This document shows positions 30,997-42,646 of a DNA stretch of 64,000 bases, piece after piece. The stretch is taken from positions 66,964 through 130,963 of the forward strand of contig CAZYFU010000001.1 of assembly GCA_964647025.1 (NCBI GenBank). The letters are read 5' to 3'. The stretch comes from an uncultured Myxococcales bacterium (lineage in GTDB: Bacteria; Myxococcota_A; Polyangia; Fen-1088). Both the position numbers and the translations under genes were made by a program. A model generated the notes under the pieces. The model did no database searches and was not told where the DNA came from. It was given only the letters and a program-made list of their open reading frames with translations. Numbering within the stretch: position 1 is the first letter of the stretch; each line of letters starts with the position of its first letter.

Positions 30997-31509
30997 ATGA
31001 GGAGCCTATTCGCCCTATTCTTCTCGGTGACGACGCTGGTCTTCCCGGTCACCTCGACTGCGGGTCGCAAGGATCAGGCGTTCACGCGAGCGGAGATCTG
31101 CGAGTTGGTCGATGCGACTCTGACTGCTCCGTGGGGAGGCTCGGAAGGCGGCGGTCTCGCTCGCTACTCCTGTGTGCAGAGCAATGCCAGCGAAGGCGAG
31201 CACCTTCTCCTCGATGTCGCCGTCGTCTCCGTCGATGGAAAGGTAACCAGACCGCTTCGGCAGGGAGAGACTTGCGGCCGATACAAGCAGTACCGTCGTG
31301 GCCGGAACGAAGGGGTCCTCTTCGTTGGGATCCGCCTTACCCGAATCGCGCCAGACAAGGTCTGGTTCGAGGCGGGCCTCGCGGGCATCCAGTTCGACGC
31401 CGCCGGGAAAGAAGACGGAACAATCGGAGTTGGATGTGGCGCTGCCAATGAGGGCGTCATCGAGAAGAAGTACGGCCGGTGGTCGCAGAGCCGTCGAATG
31501 TGCCAATGA
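30997..31509 (+). CDS. secreted hypothetical protein
   Basis: Signal peptide MRSLFALFFSVTTLVFPVTSTAG. No family recognised. Confidence 0.5.
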   Translation: MRSLFALFFSVTTLVFPVTSTAGRKDQAFTRAEICELVDATLTAPWGGSEGGGLARYSCVQSNASEGEHLLLDVAVVSVDGKVTRPLRQGETCGRYKQYRRGRNEGVLFVGIRLTRIAPDKVWFEAGLAGIQFDAAGKEDGTIGVGCGAANEGVIEKKYGRWSQSRRMCQ

Positions 31510-31560
31510 GGCGCCGAAAGCCACGCCCGCTGCTTTTCGCCTGACCTCGCCGGTGGCGAG

Positions 31561-32031
31561 CTATGCTCGGACGCTGCCGGCCTTCGGACTGCGTGATGCG
31601 CGCAGCAGCTTCTCTTCGATTCGCCGCATCTCCTTGGCGGGCGCGGGGCGGTGGTGGTCGTGTCCGAAAAGGTGACACAAGCCGTGGATCGCGAGACGGG
31701 CCAGCTCCCCGGGTAGACGACGGCCACCGGCTCGGCGCTTGGCGGTCTCGACCGAGATCACGATGTCCCCGAGAAGGACATCGTCCCCCGCGGGGTCGCC
31801 GACGCCGCCTAGGTCGTGTTGATGAAAGCTAAGGACGTCGGTGGCACGGTCGAGCTTGCGATAGTCGCGGTTGAGGGCCCGGATCTCCTCGTCGCAAGTG
31901 AGCACGAGCGCGACCTGTGATCGTGAACGGCCCAGCACGCGCAGGGCCTCGCGCAAGCGGCGGGCCAGCACCTTGCCGTCCTGGGCGGAGACGAATGCGC
32001 GGGCCTCGGGCCTTATCAGGAGATCGATCAT
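31561..32031 (-). CDS. ybeY: rRNA maturation RNase YbeY
   Basis: Internal ATG of track ORF 31561..32556. Zinc motif HGLCHLFGHDH. Confidence 0.9.
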   Translation of the reverse strand: MIDLLIRPEARAFVSAQDGKVLARRLREALRVLGRSRSQVALVLTCDEEIRALNRDYRKLDRATDVLSFHQHDLGGVGDPAGDDVLLGDIVISVETAKRRAGGRRLPGELARLAIHGLCHLFGHDHHRPAPAKEMRRIEEKLLRASRSPKAGSVRA

Positions 32032-33680
32032 GGGAGAACCACCTTGTAGACTTGCGTGTCGATGAAAAGTCGGAACAGGTCGCCGTCGCACTTGCCGGCC
32101 TTCACGTCGCCCGCGATGATGTCGAGCGCCCGCGGCACCGGAACGGCTGCCTTGTAGGGTCGATCCGAGGCGGTCAGCGCATCGAAGACATCCGCGATGG
32201 TCAGCATGCGCGACTCGACGGGGATCTCGTCGCCACGCAGCTTGCGGGGGTAGCCGCTGCCGTCGAGCAATTCGTGATGCGAGCCTGCGATGTCCGGCAC
32301 GTTGCGAAGGGTGCGCCCCCAGGGAATCGTCCGAAGGAAAGCCAGGGTGTGGTCCACGTGGCACTGAATCTGCCCCCGCTCGTCCGGGGTGAGGCTGCCG
32401 CGCGGCACCTGCAAGGCGGCCAGCTCTTGCGGAGTCAGGTAGGGCTGGGCGAGCCCGTCCTCGTCGAGGTACTTGCCTTCGGCCAAATCGCGCAGGCGCG
32501 CCAGCACGGGTTGCTCGAGGAGGCTCGGCTGGTTGGCCGCGAGCACGCACCGCCAACCATCATCCAAGAAGGCAATCCGCGCGGCCAGATCGGCGTCGAT
32601 TCGCGATAGCAGGCTCGCCTCCGGCACGCCCCCTTTCTCGTACAGCGCGAGCTTGCGTCCAAGCGCCTCCGCCTCCAGGGATTTGCGCAAGTACCGGAAG
32701 CGGTGGGCGATGGCGTCCAGCTGCCAGTCGTAGAGCTTCTTCGCCTTGACCAGCACGTGCTCGCGTACGCCGACCTTGCCGAAGTCGTGCAGCACCCCCG
32801 CGTACTCGATCTGGCGAAGGTCATCGCGGGAGAAGCGGATCCCGGCCAAAGGCCCGTGGGTGATGGCATCGACCTTCTCCGCCAGTGCCACGGTCAGCGT
32901 GGCCACCCGCCGGGAATGCCCGGACGTCGTGGGATCGCGAGACTCGATGGCGGTCACGGATGCATCCACGAACCCATCCAACAGTCGGCGGATTTCGTCG
33001 TAGAGGATCGCGTTCTCCAGCGACACACCAGCCTGCGAGGCCAGCGCCAACGCCATCTCCTCGGCATGCCCGTCGAACGGCACCACCTGGGACGCGAAGT
33101 CCGCGTCGCAGGCGAGCTTGGCCGAGGCATCCTTCTTCTTGTTGATGAGTTGGATGACCCCGATGACCTCGCCCACGGCGGACAACATCGGGACGGTCAG
33201 CATCGAGCGCGCGCGGTAACCCGTCTGCTGGTCGAAGCTGCGATTGTGGCTCAGCCCCGGCGCATCGGCCTCCCCCATGGTGGCCACGTCAGCGATGTTG
33301 ATGGGCTGCCCCGACAGGACCGCTTTGCCCACGATGGACGATTCATCGATCGTCAGCGTGAGCTCGCGAAAGTTCACCGCGATGGAATCGTTTTGCGAAA
33401 GCATGAAGTGCAGGCAAGCATCCGCGCCCTTCGCTTTGCTGAACCCGGCCCGGCGGCCCGGCTCGCCCGCCGACTGCGACGTGTCGCCGACATCCTTGGA
33501 CTCGACCACGTAGACGCTGCCGGCGTCGGCGCCCGTGATCTCGCGGCTCTTGAGCAGGATCAGGTCGAGCAGCTCGTGGATGTCGCGCTCCGAGGACAGC
33601 GCGCGGGAGATGCCGAGCAGCTCCTCGCGTTCGTAGCGCGCCCGGGCCGCAAGGTCGGTGAGATTTTCCGGCAACGCCAT
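32028..33680 (-). CDS. GAF-HD-GYP domain protein (putative c-di-GMP phosphodiesterase)
   Basis: N-terminal GAF-like domain, HD (VLHDFGK) and the HHELLDGSGYP motif. The stop overlaps the ybeY start. Confidence 0.85.
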   Translation of the reverse strand: MALPENLTDLAARARYEREELLGISRALSSERDIHELLDLILLKSREITGADAGSVYVVESKDVGDTSQSAGEPGRRAGFSKAKGADACLHFMLSQNDSIAVNFRELTLTIDESSIVGKAVLSGQPINIADVATMGEADAPGLSHNRSFDQQTGYRARSMLTVPMLSAVGEVIGVIQLINKKKDASAKLACDADFASQVVPFDGHAEEMALALASQAGVSLENAILYDEIRRLLDGFVDASVTAIESRDPTTSGHSRRVATLTVALAEKVDAITHGPLAGIRFSRDDLRQIEYAGVLHDFGKVGVREHVLVKAKKLYDWQLDAIAHRFRYLRKSLEAEALGRKLALYEKGGVPEASLLSRIDADLAARIAFLDDGWRCVLAANQPSLLEQPVLARLRDLAEGKYLDEDGLAQPYLTPQELAALQVPRGSLTPDERGQIQCHVDHTLAFLRTIPWGRTLRNVPDIAGSHHELLDGSGYPRKLRGDEIPVESRMLTIADVFDALTASDRPYKAAVPVPRALDIIAGDVKAGKCDGDLFRLFIDTQVYKVVLP

Positions 33681-33695
33681 GCTGCCTCGTCTTGG

Positions 33696-34730
<1,035 letters not shown>

Positions 34731-34836
34731 GGTTGTGGTCTTTCGTAGCACGTTCGGGTCGCAAGAACCAGGCGGCAGAGAGGCGGTCCAGGCGCTACAC
34801 TCGCCCGCCGTGAACGACCTGACGCCAGCGCCAGCC

Positions 34837-35649
34837 ATGAATCTCGACCCACTGCCGGGCAAACAGACCGGTGCCACCCTACCCCGCTTGGTCGGGCTCA
34901 TGCAGCGTTTGCTGGCCCCGGACGGCTGCCCGTGGGATCGCGAACAGACCTTGACCACGCTGCTTCCCTACTTGGTCGAGGAGACCTACGAAGTGGTGGA
35001 CGCCCTGCAGACGGGCCAGGTGGCCGACCACTGCGAAGAGCTGGGCGACCTTCTGCTTCAGATCGTCTTTCAGGCCGAGTTGCGACACAGCGAGGGCGCC
35101 TTCGGGATCGACCAGGTCATCGACGGCATCGTTCGCAAGCTGGTGCGTCGCCACCCGCACGTGTTCGGCGAGATCCACGCCAGGAACGCGGACGAGGCGC
35201 TGGCCAGCTGGGCGAGTCTCAAAGCGCAGGAGAAGGCGAAAAAGGGGAAGAAAGGCGCCCTCGACGGCATCCCGAGGAGCGCACCCGCGCTGGTTCGCGC
35301 CATGCGGGCCGGCGAGAAGGCCGGAGCCGTGGGGTTCGACTGGCCCGATGCCGCCGGCGTTCGCGACAAGGTCAACGAAGAGCTCGGCGAGTTCGACGAG
35401 GCGTGCAAGAGCGGAGACCGCGCCGCCATGTCGAGCGAGCTCGGCGACCTGCTCTTCGCCATCGTGAACCTCGCCCGCAAGCTCGACCTGGACGCGGAGC
35501 ACAGTCTACGCGAGGCCACCGACCGGTTTGGGCGGCGCTTCCGATACATGGAAGAGAAGCTCGAGGCGCAAGGCCGCACGGTCAAGTCTGCGTCTTCGAC
35601 TGAGCAGAATGACCTGTGGGAAGAGGCGAAGCGAGCCGGAGTGAAGTAG
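34837..35649 (+). CDS. mazG: nucleoside triphosphate pyrophosphohydrolase MazG
   Basis: Tandem MazG repeats ([25 protein letters not shown] / [12 protein letters not shown]). Confidence 0.9.
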   Translation: MNLDPLPGKQTGATLPRLVGLMQRLLAPDGCPWDREQTLTTLLPYLVEETYEVVDALQTGQVADHCEELGDLLLQIVFQAELRHSEGAFGIDQVIDGIVRKLVRRHPHVFGEIHARNADEALASWASLKAQEKAKKGKKGALDGIPRSAPALVRAMRAGEKAGAVGFDWPDAAGVRDKVNEELGEFDEACKSGDRAAMSSELGDLLFAIVNLARKLDLDAEHSLREATDRFGRRFRYMEEKLEAQGRTVKSASSTEQNDLWEEAKRAGVK

Positions 35650-35661
35650 CGCTCCCAGGGC

Positions 35662-36876
35662 TCACTCGACGAAGTCCAGGTCCTTTCCGTAGGTCTCGTC
35701 CAGCTGAGCAAGCGCTAGCACCGCGACGACCACCGACAAGGCGCCGAGCAACGCCGCGGAGCTGCGCATGCCGAAGCTGGGGCCGAGCGCCCGGAACGCG
35801 AGCGTGACGGGAACCATCGCGCCGCGAACGAAGTTGGGCGCGGTGGTCGCCACGGTGGCGCGAAGGTTGGTGCCGAACTGTTCGGCGGACATGGTGATGA
35901 AGACGGCCCAGTAGCCCGATGCCCAGCCAAGGGCGAAGCAGATACCGTAGTAGCCAGCCAGCGAGATGCCACCGAATGCGAAATAGGCGGCGCCGAACAG
36001 CGTAGTGAGACCGATGAACGAGGCCATCACGCGCTTGCGGTTGCGGTAGCGCTGGCTCAGGTATCCGGTCGTCAAATCGCCGACGGTGATGCCCAGGTAG
36101 TACCAAAGCACGGCGCGTCCCGCCTGCGGTGCCGGATCGAGGCCCATGTCCCGGCCTAGCTCGGGCGAGAAGGTGACGATGATGCCGATGATGAACCAAA
36201 TCGGCAGAGCCACCAGCACCACGGCGAGATACCTCTTGCATGTTCGCCAGCTCGCGAACAGCGCGAAGAAGTTCCCGCGGCCTATGCCGGCATCTCGCAC
36301 CTTGGTGAACAGGCCCGATTCGCTGACGCCGATGCGCAGAACAAGCAGCAGAATCCCCAGCACTCCCCCGATGACGTAGGCCGTGCGCCAGGCGAACAGT
36401 CCGGCCACCAGCGACGCGGTCACGACGCCGGTCACGCCCACGGCGGCGACGATCATCGTGCCGAGGCCACGCGTCTGCTTCGGCAAGAGCTCGGCCACCA
36501 AGGTGACACCCGCGCCGAGCTCGCCCGCTAGCCCGACGCCGGCAATGACGCGACAGACGCCATAGGCCGGCAACGAGTCAACGAGTCCGTTGGCCAGCGT
36601 GGCCGCCGAATAGAGGAAGATCGATCCGAACAGCACGGCACGGCGCCCGCGCCGGTCCCCCACCACGCCCCAAAGAACGCCCCCCACCAGCATTCCGACC
36701 AGCTGTGCATTGAGCAACCCTACGCCGGCCGACAAGATCTCGGATTCCGGCACACCGATCCCGCGCAAGCTCTGCACGCGCACGATGTTGTACAGGATCA
36801 GATCGTACGCATCGACGAAGTAGCCCAGCGCTGCCGCCAGCACGGCGAGGCCCATGCGCTTGCGATCGGTTTCCAT
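35662..36876 (-). CDS. MFS transporter
   Basis: 12 TM-like segments and an MFS loop motif (GDRRGRR). I prefer the internal ATG (METDRKRMG). Confidence 0.8.
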   Translation of the reverse strand: METDRKRMGLAVLAAALGYFVDAYDLILYNIVRVQSLRGIGVPESEILSAGVGLLNAQLVGMLVGGVLWGVVGDRRGRRAVLFGSIFLYSAATLANGLVDSLPAYGVCRVIAGVGLAGELGAGVTLVAELLPKQTRGLGTMIVAAVGVTGVVTASLVAGLFAWRTAYVIGGVLGILLLVLRIGVSESGLFTKVRDAGIGRGNFFALFASWRTCKRYLAVVLVALPIWFIIGIIVTFSPELGRDMGLDPAPQAGRAVLWYYLGITVGDLTTGYLSQRYRNRKRVMASFIGLTTLFGAAYFAFGGISLAGYYGICFALGWASGYWAVFITMSAEQFGTNLRATVATTAPNFVRGAMVPVTLAFRALGPSFGMRSSAALLGALSVVVAVLALAQLDETYGKDLDFVE

Positions 36877-37097
36877 TGCGACCGGGTACGTTATCAGGTC
36901 TCCCGCCGCAGCGGCGAGTGCTGTGCGCCGGCACACAGCGCGAGTAGCTCCGGCGGAGCGGGACTTGCACGGAGATGGCCTCGTCGCGGCCGAAAGCACC
37001 TCGACGCTGTAAGGAATCGACCCCGTCAAGGAACTAAGAGAATGGCGACACTGAGCTGCTCAACTTCATCGGGGACTCTTAGCCTGTGGAGAACGTC

Positions 37098-37946
37098 ATG
37101 AACCGCAAGTCTGGAGCCTTTTCTAGCATCGAACTCAGCGATGACCTGCGCTGCCAAGTCATTCCACTCGTGGGCAAGCACATCTCGCACTTCAGCTCGG
37201 TCGAGGACCGCTTCTTCTCGGAAGGGGATTCACTGTCGGCCGCCGGCGAGGGCCAAGACAGCCTCGAGGACATGACCGCGACACGCGTGCCCCGTCGCTG
37301 GCTCAGCAGGAACAGATCTCTGATGGCCGTCGCCGGCATCGCTGTGATAGTCAGCACGGTCCTGCTCATTCGCTCCGGGGGACACGCCTCGGACACCACC
37401 GACGACACCGTGGGCATCACGGATAGAGGCGTCGCCTCAAGGCCGGTCGCCGCGCCCGCGGCTTTGCCTGCGCCTTTGCCCCAACCTTCGAACCCGGCCG
37501 TCACGACCCACGAGCCGGAAGTCTTTCCCGCACCAGCCCCGGCCGACGAGGTTCTCCCTCCTTCTCCTACACATACGTCGGCCGGGGCGGCCGCGGGTTC
37601 AGACCAAGAGCCCATGGCCCTCTGCAAGAAGGCGATCGATCAGCACCGCAACAAAGAGGTGCTGAAGAGCTGCGCCGACGCCTTCGCAGCCGCCCCTTCT
37701 GCCGACGCGGCCGTCACGCTGGCCAAGGTGGAGTTCGATCGAGGTCGTGTCGCGCAGGCGCTCGACTGGGCCAAGAAGGCCATCGCAATCGACGCCGAGC
37801 GTGCAGACGCCTACGTGTTCCTCGGCGGGGCTGAACAGGCCGCAGGTCGCAACGCCGCCGCCAAGACAGCGTACAAGCGCTACCTACAGCTAGCTCCGCA
37901 GGGCCGTTACGCGGCAGACCTGCGCTCGGTGCTCAGCACGCTCTAG
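37098..37946 (+). CDS. membrane-anchored TPR-like protein
   Basis: Single TM (LMAVAGIAVIVSTVLLI), a Pro/Ala linker, and C-terminal TPR-like helices. Confidence 0.6.
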   Translation: MNRKSGAFSSIELSDDLRCQVIPLVGKHISHFSSVEDRFFSEGDSLSAAGEGQDSLEDMTATRVPRRWLSRNRSLMAVAGIAVIVSTVLLIRSGGHASDTTDDTVGITDRGVASRPVAAPAALPAPLPQPSNPAVTTHEPEVFPAPAPADEVLPPSPTHTSAGAAAGSDQEPMALCKKAIDQHRNKEVLKSCADAFAAAPSADAAVTLAKVEFDRGRVAQALDWAKKAIAIDAERADAYVFLGGAEQAAGRNAAAKTAYKRYLQLAPQGRYAADLRSVLSTL

Positions 37947-38398
37947 CGCCAGCCCAGCGCCCGCGCAGCCAGCAGAACCGCGCCCCCCCAAAGTCCTGCG
38001 AACACGTCGTCCATCACGACGCCCCAGCCTTCAGGCAGGCGCTCGGCTCGCCTGGCCGGCCACGGCTTCCACTGATCGAAGATCCTGAACAGGACCACGG
38101 CGGCGAGGATGCCTTTCCAATGGTAGGGCGCCACTACCAACGTGATGAGCACGCCCGCGACCTCGTCGATGCACACGATCTGCGGATCTGCGAGCCCTGT
38201 CTGGCGCACGACCTGGGTGGCGGCCCACACCCCGACCAGGGTGACCACGACGGCGGCGAGAGCCACGGCGACGGGCCCCGCGGGCGCGATCAGCAGGTAG
38301 AACGGCACGGCGCCCACGGTTCCCGCGGTACCGGGCATCTTCGGGAAACGACCACAGCCGAACCAAATGGAGAGCAGGTATGCCAACCGATACTTCAA
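37943..38398 (-). CDS. pgpA: phosphatidylglycerophosphatase A
   Basis: PgpA motifs (PGTAGTVGA, DEVAG, FRIFDQWKPWP). Confidence 0.85.
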   Translation of the reverse strand: MKYRLAYLLSIWFGCGRFPKMPGTAGTVGAVPFYLLIAPAGPVAVALAAVVVTLVGVWAATQVVRQTGLADPQIVCIDEVAGVLITLVVAPYHWKGILAAVVLFRIFDQWKPWPARRAERLPEGWGVVMDDVFAGLWGGAVLLAARALGWR

Positions 38399-39120
38399 GC
38401 GTCTTCTCCGAGCATGCGGCGGACGTCCGCCGAGTAGCCAGTCTGGTCGTGTACGACGAGCGGCGGCTCAGCCACGGGCCCTTCGCATCGGCGACGACCT
38501 TCGACCAGAACGCGCAGAGGAATCTCGCCCGAACGCGCGACCACTGATCGGTAGCGCGCAACCCCCAGTCCCCGCACCGAAAGCGCCGACCGCAGCTCGT
38601 CCCAGCGATCGAAGGGAAATATCGTCGCCAGTCTGCCACCGTCGCGAAGCGCCGCCGCGGCCACGTCCAACCATTCGCCGAGCGCGAGCGAGACCTCGTG
38701 GTTGGCGAGCGCCTTCTCAGACATCGGTGGCAACAGGCCGGTGCCCATCGGGCGAAACGGTGGATTGATCGCGACCAAGTCGAAGGCGGCGCCAGCGACG
38801 ATGCCAGGCTGGCGTACGTCGGCGGTGACGACGCGAAAGCGGTCGACGAAGCCGTTCTCGATTCGGCCCTGCTCGGCCAGCGCGGCCAGACGCGGCTGGA
38901 TCTCCACGCCAACCCCGGTCGAGGTTTCGTCATGGGCCAGCAGCAAGAAAGACAGGGCTCCGCTGGCGCAGCCGATGTCCAGGAAACGCCCGAAGGGCGG
39001 CGTGACGAAGCCGGCTAGCAACACGGGATCCAAGCTGCTGCGAAAGCCACGCTTCGGCTGCAAGAGCTTCACCCGCCCGCGCAAGAGCGTGTCGCAGGTG
39101 ATCTCCGCTTCGTTGTGCAC
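38395..39120 (-). CDS. SAM-dependent N6-adenine methyltransferase (TrmN6/YfiC-like)
   Basis: LDIGCASG SAM motif and NPPF catalytic motif. Confidence 0.75.
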   Translation of the reverse strand: MHNEAEITCDTLLRGRVKLLQPKRGFRSSLDPVLLAGFVTPPFGRFLDIGCASGALSFLLLAHDETSTGVGVEIQPRLAALAEQGRIENGFVDRFRVVTADVRQPGIVAGAAFDLVAINPPFRPMGTGLLPPMSEKALANHEVSLALGEWLDVAAAALRDGGRLATIFPFDRWDELRSALSVRGLGVARYRSVVARSGEIPLRVLVEGRRRCEGPVAEPPLVVHDQTGYSADVRRMLGEDA

Positions 39121-39132
39121 GAACCCTCCGGA

Positions 39133-40449
39133 CTACGCAGCCGGCGGCTTGGCGGGACGTAGCTTCTGCATCACGAGCCCCGTGGCGAGCTTCGGCTGGA
39201 AATAGGTCGACTTCTGCGGCAGCACGAATCCGGCCTCGCACGCGTCGAGCACCTGGTGAACCTTGGTGGCGTTCATGATGAAGGCCGCCTGGACCGCGCC
39301 GCTCGACACGCGGCTCAAAGTCTCGCCAAGCTCGTGGCTGTAGGTGAGGTTCGATTGCTTGGCCATGGCCTCTGCGCCGATGCCGAGCAGAGGGCTGAGT
39401 ATCAGGCCGTGCAGGACGCTCACGTCGAGGCAGCCCAACGCGGGCGGGCCCAGCCGCGACAAGTCCGCATCCTTGCGAAGGCGCAGCCACAGTGTCTCGG
39501 CCCGATTCGGCCTCCGCACGGCAAAGCTGACCGCGCGCTCGCCTTCGCGTCGCAGACGATCGCTGATGGAAGCGGCGTCGCCTTCCGCGCTGCTCTCCAC
39601 GTCGAACCAGGGCCGGCACCGCTCGGCCAGCGCATCGAGGGCGGACTCGGCGATGCCATGTACCATGCGGTGGGTCGGCAGAACCAGCAAGCCTGGGTCT
39701 TCCGCTCGAGCGAAGAACATGGGCCCGAAGTCGGCCTGGGAGGTTCCCGGCGCGGCGCCGGCGGGCCTCAGCGCGTCGCGGATGGCCACCATGGTTTCGT
39801 AGCGGTGGTGGCCGTCGGCGATCATGACCTGCTTGGGCGCCAGCGCTTGGACAACGGCTGCGATCGCGGCCTCGTCGCTCACAACCCACAGCCGGTGACG
39901 GCAACCATCGGGCGTCACGACGTCGACGGACGGCGCGCCACTCGTGGCCTGCTCCAATGCAGCCTCCACTTGGCCTTGCGGATCACGGTAGAGGGCGAAG
40001 ATCTGCGAAAAGTGGGCCTGGGTGGTCTTGATTAGCTTGAACCTGTCGACCTTCGGCCCCGACAGAGTGTGCTCGTGGGGCAAGACGATCCGATCGGAGA
40101 ACGGCGAAAGCTCGATGGCGGCGATGAAGCCTTTGCGCACGTAGGTCCGCGGACCAGTGCCGGTATCGAACGAAAACGTCTGCTCGTAGCGATAGATGGC
40201 CGGAGCGCCATCCTCGCGCAGCGTCCCGTCGGCGATCCACCGGTCGAGCAAATGTCGCGCGTTCGCGTACTTGTCGTCGCCCTCCCCGCGAGGCAGGTCC
40301 AAGTGCACGATGTTGCGCGGGTGCTGAGCCTCGAGCATGGCCCGCTGGTCGGGGGAGATCACATCGTAGGGCGGAGCGATCACCTGCGCGAGGTCGGGCA
40401 GGCGTTTCTCGTCGAAGCGAAGCGCTTTGAAGGCGGCGATGCGTGGCAT
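39133..40449 (-). CDS. DUF1015 domain protein
   Basis: Characteristic N-terminus (FKALRF...VIAPPYDVIS). Confidence 0.85.
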   Translation of the reverse strand: MPRIAAFKALRFDEKRLPDLAQVIAPPYDVISPDQRAMLEAQHPRNIVHLDLPRGEGDDKYANARHLLDRWIADGTLREDGAPAIYRYEQTFSFDTGTGPRTYVRKGFIAAIELSPFSDRIVLPHEHTLSGPKVDRFKLIKTTQAHFSQIFALYRDPQGQVEAALEQATSGAPSVDVVTPDGCRHRLWVVSDEAAIAAVVQALAPKQVMIADGHHRYETMVAIRDALRPAGAAPGTSQADFGPMFFARAEDPGLLVLPTHRMVHGIAESALDALAERCRPWFDVESSAEGDAASISDRLRREGERAVSFAVRRPNRAETLWLRLRKDADLSRLGPPALGCLDVSVLHGLILSPLLGIGAEAMAKQSNLTYSHELGETLSRVSSGAVQAAFIMNATKVHQVLDACEAGFVLPQKSTYFQPKLATGLVMQKLRPAKPPAA

Positions 40450-40529
40450 GGCCCACGCACTCTAGATTCCGCGCAACGGAAAGCCAAGCGCCAGGTGACG
40501 GTCGCGCCACCGAGTCAAGCTGGGATGGG

Positions 40530-41624
40530 CTAGGCCCGCCCCTCGGGGAACAGCTTACGCAGGCCGTCGGCCGTCGCGGGACAGACCCCTCGCTCGGTGA
40601 TGATGCCGGTTACGAGCCGCGCCGGCGTGACGTCGAAGGCCGGGTTCGCCGCAGGACTGCCTGCGGGCAGGATGTCGATCGTGGCCAGGTCGCCACTGGC
40701 CGTGCGGCCACGCATGAAACGAACCTCGTCGGCGCTACGCTCCTCGATGGGGACCTGCGCCACCCCGTCGGTTATCTCCCAATCGATGGTGGGGCCGGTC
40801 AGGGCTGCATAGAAAGGAACGCCGCAGTCGTGGGCGGCCAGCGCCTTGAGGTAGGTTCCGATCTTGTTGCACACGTCGCCCGAGGCGGTCGTGCGATCCG
40901 AGCCCACGATGCAGACGTCGACGCGGCCGTGTTGCATCAGGTGTCCACCGGCGTTGTCGGCGATCACGGTATGCGGGACGCCGTGCTGCCCGAGCTCCCA
41001 CGCGGTGAGGGAGGCGCCCTGGTTGCGCGGCCTGGTTTCGTCCACCCACACGTGAATCGGTATGCCGGCGTCGTGGGCCTTGTAGATGGGAGCGAGAGCG
41101 GTCCCGTAGTCCACCGTGGCCAGCCAACCGGCGTTGCAGTGGGTGAGGACGTTGACCGCGCGGCGCGGGTGCTTCTTGGCGAGCTCGGCCAGGATCAGCC
41201 TGCCGTACTCCCCGATGGAGGCACAGCTCGCCACGTCCTCATCGCATATCTCGGCGGCGCAATGGAACGCGGCGGCGGCACGCCCCGACGGAGGCAGCGG
41301 CGCCACGGCCGCGACGATCTCGTCGACCGCCCAGCGCAGGTTGACCGCGGTCGGACGGCTGGACAAAAGCCGTGTGCGCGCGGCCTCCAGCGCAGACGTG
41401 CTGGCATCCTCGCGCAGCGCCAGCGCCATGCCGTAGGCCCCGGTGGCCCCGATGAGAGGCGCACCGCGGACGATCATGTCGGCGATGGCGCGGACCGCAT
41501 CCTCCAACGTGCGCAGCCGCACGAGCGCGAAGTCGTGTGGCAGCTTGGTCTGGTCGATGACCTCGACGACCTGCCCGTCTTCGACGGGGTAGATGGTCCT
41601 CGTATGCTTGCCTGCGACTTTCAT
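40530..41624 (-). CDS. mtnA: S-methyl-5-thioribose-1-phosphate isomerase
   Basis: eIF-2B/MtnA family (IDQTKLPH..., MIVRGAPLIGATGAYG, GADRT-like SDRTTASGDVCNKIGTY). Confidence 0.9.
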   Translation of the reverse strand: MKVAGKHTRTIYPVEDGQVVEVIDQTKLPHDFALVRLRTLEDAVRAIADMIVRGAPLIGATGAYGMALALREDASTSALEAARTRLLSSRPTAVNLRWAVDEIVAAVAPLPPSGRAAAAFHCAAEICDEDVASCASIGEYGRLILAELAKKHPRRAVNVLTHCNAGWLATVDYGTALAPIYKAHDAGIPIHVWVDETRPRNQGASLTAWELGQHGVPHTVIADNAGGHLMQHGRVDVCIVGSDRTTASGDVCNKIGTYLKALAAHDCGVPFYAALTGPTIDWEITDGVAQVPIEERSADEVRFMRGRTASGDLATIDILPAGSPAANPAFDVTPARLVTGIITERGVCPATADGLRKLFPEGRA

Positions 41625-42494
41625 CTACTTCACGTACTTTCCGATGATGGGGGCAAGGCGCGTGCGCGTCTCTTGCGTGATGTAGCGGTGATCGGTCCAG
41701 ATACCGAGCTTGAGCGCCGACTGGCAGTCGCACGGCTTCGCCGCCTGGGCTGCCACGTACGGGATGGCCCGTCCGATGAGTGCCAGGGCGTTCTGCGTGG
41801 CCGCCTTGACGTTGCCGATGATCTCCTCGAGGAGCTTCAACTTGTCCACGTCGCTGGGCTGCTTGCGCCAGCAATCGTAGTCGGTGGCCAGCGCGACCGC
41901 CGCGTAGCAGATCTCGGCCTCACGAGCCAGCTTCGCCTCTGGCATCAGCGTCATCCCGATGAGGTCCCCGCCCCAGGCTCGGTGCATCTCGCTCTCGGCG
42001 CGGGTGGAGAACTGCGGGCCCTCCATGCAGACGTACGTGGCGCGCGAGTGGACCTTCACCGGCAGGCCCTCGCCGAGCTTGGACAAGAGGCTCCGCAGGG
42101 TCGGGCAGAACGGCGTGGCCATCTCGACGTGGGCAGCCAGCCCATCGAAGAAGGAATTGGGACGGCAGAAGGTCTTGTCGATGACTTGGTCGGGGAGGAC
42201 GAGGTCGCGGGGAGAGATCTGTTCGCGCAGGCTGCCCACCGCCGCGCTGGCCAGGATGTGCGAAACGCCCAGCTGCTTGAGCGCGAAGATGTTCGCCCGA
42301 AACGGCACTGACGATGGCCCGAGGACGTGACCTTCGCCGTGCCGCGAAAGCAGTGCGCAGGGCACACCCGCGATCTGAGCGGTGATGATGGGCCCTGACG
42401 TGGGACCGAACGGCGTATCGATGTTGTGGCTCTGCCCGGCGCCGAGCGCGCCCAGGGATTCGCCAAGTCCGGTTCCGCCGATGATGCCGATCAT
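41625..42494 (-). CDS. mtnP: S-methyl-5'-thioadenosine phosphorylase
   Basis: Internal ATG of track ORF 41625..43127. PNP family (IGIIGGTGL, SRHGEGH, GMTLMPEAKLAREA). The stop abuts the mtnA start. Confidence 0.9.
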   Translation of the reverse strand: MIGIIGGTGLGESLGALGAGQSHNIDTPFGPTSGPIITAQIAGVPCALLSRHGEGHVLGPSSVPFRANIFALKQLGVSHILASAAVGSLREQISPRDLVLPDQVIDKTFCRPNSFFDGLAAHVEMATPFCPTLRSLLSKLGEGLPVKVHSRATYVCMEGPQFSTRAESEMHRAWGGDLIGMTLMPEAKLAREAEICYAAVALATDYDCWRKQPSDVDKLKLLEEIIGNVKAATQNALALIGRAIPYVAAQAAKPCDCQSALKLGIWTDHRYITQETRTRLAPIIGKYVK

Positions 42495-42646
42495 GCTGCT
42501 TCTTGCTCCTGATGAGTGGTCGAGGTCAGAGAGTGCCCCGTCGGCCCGGACATAGCAAGCTGGAGCAGCCGGCGAGGCTTTGGCCAAAGTCGCGCGTGAG
42601 AAAGAGGCAATCCCGGGTGGAATCCCCGGCGGTAGGGCAATGGCCG

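Noticed and set aside
40443-42311. 622-aa plus-strand ORF
   Set aside because: It is antisense to mtnA and mtnP, so it is a shadow ORF.
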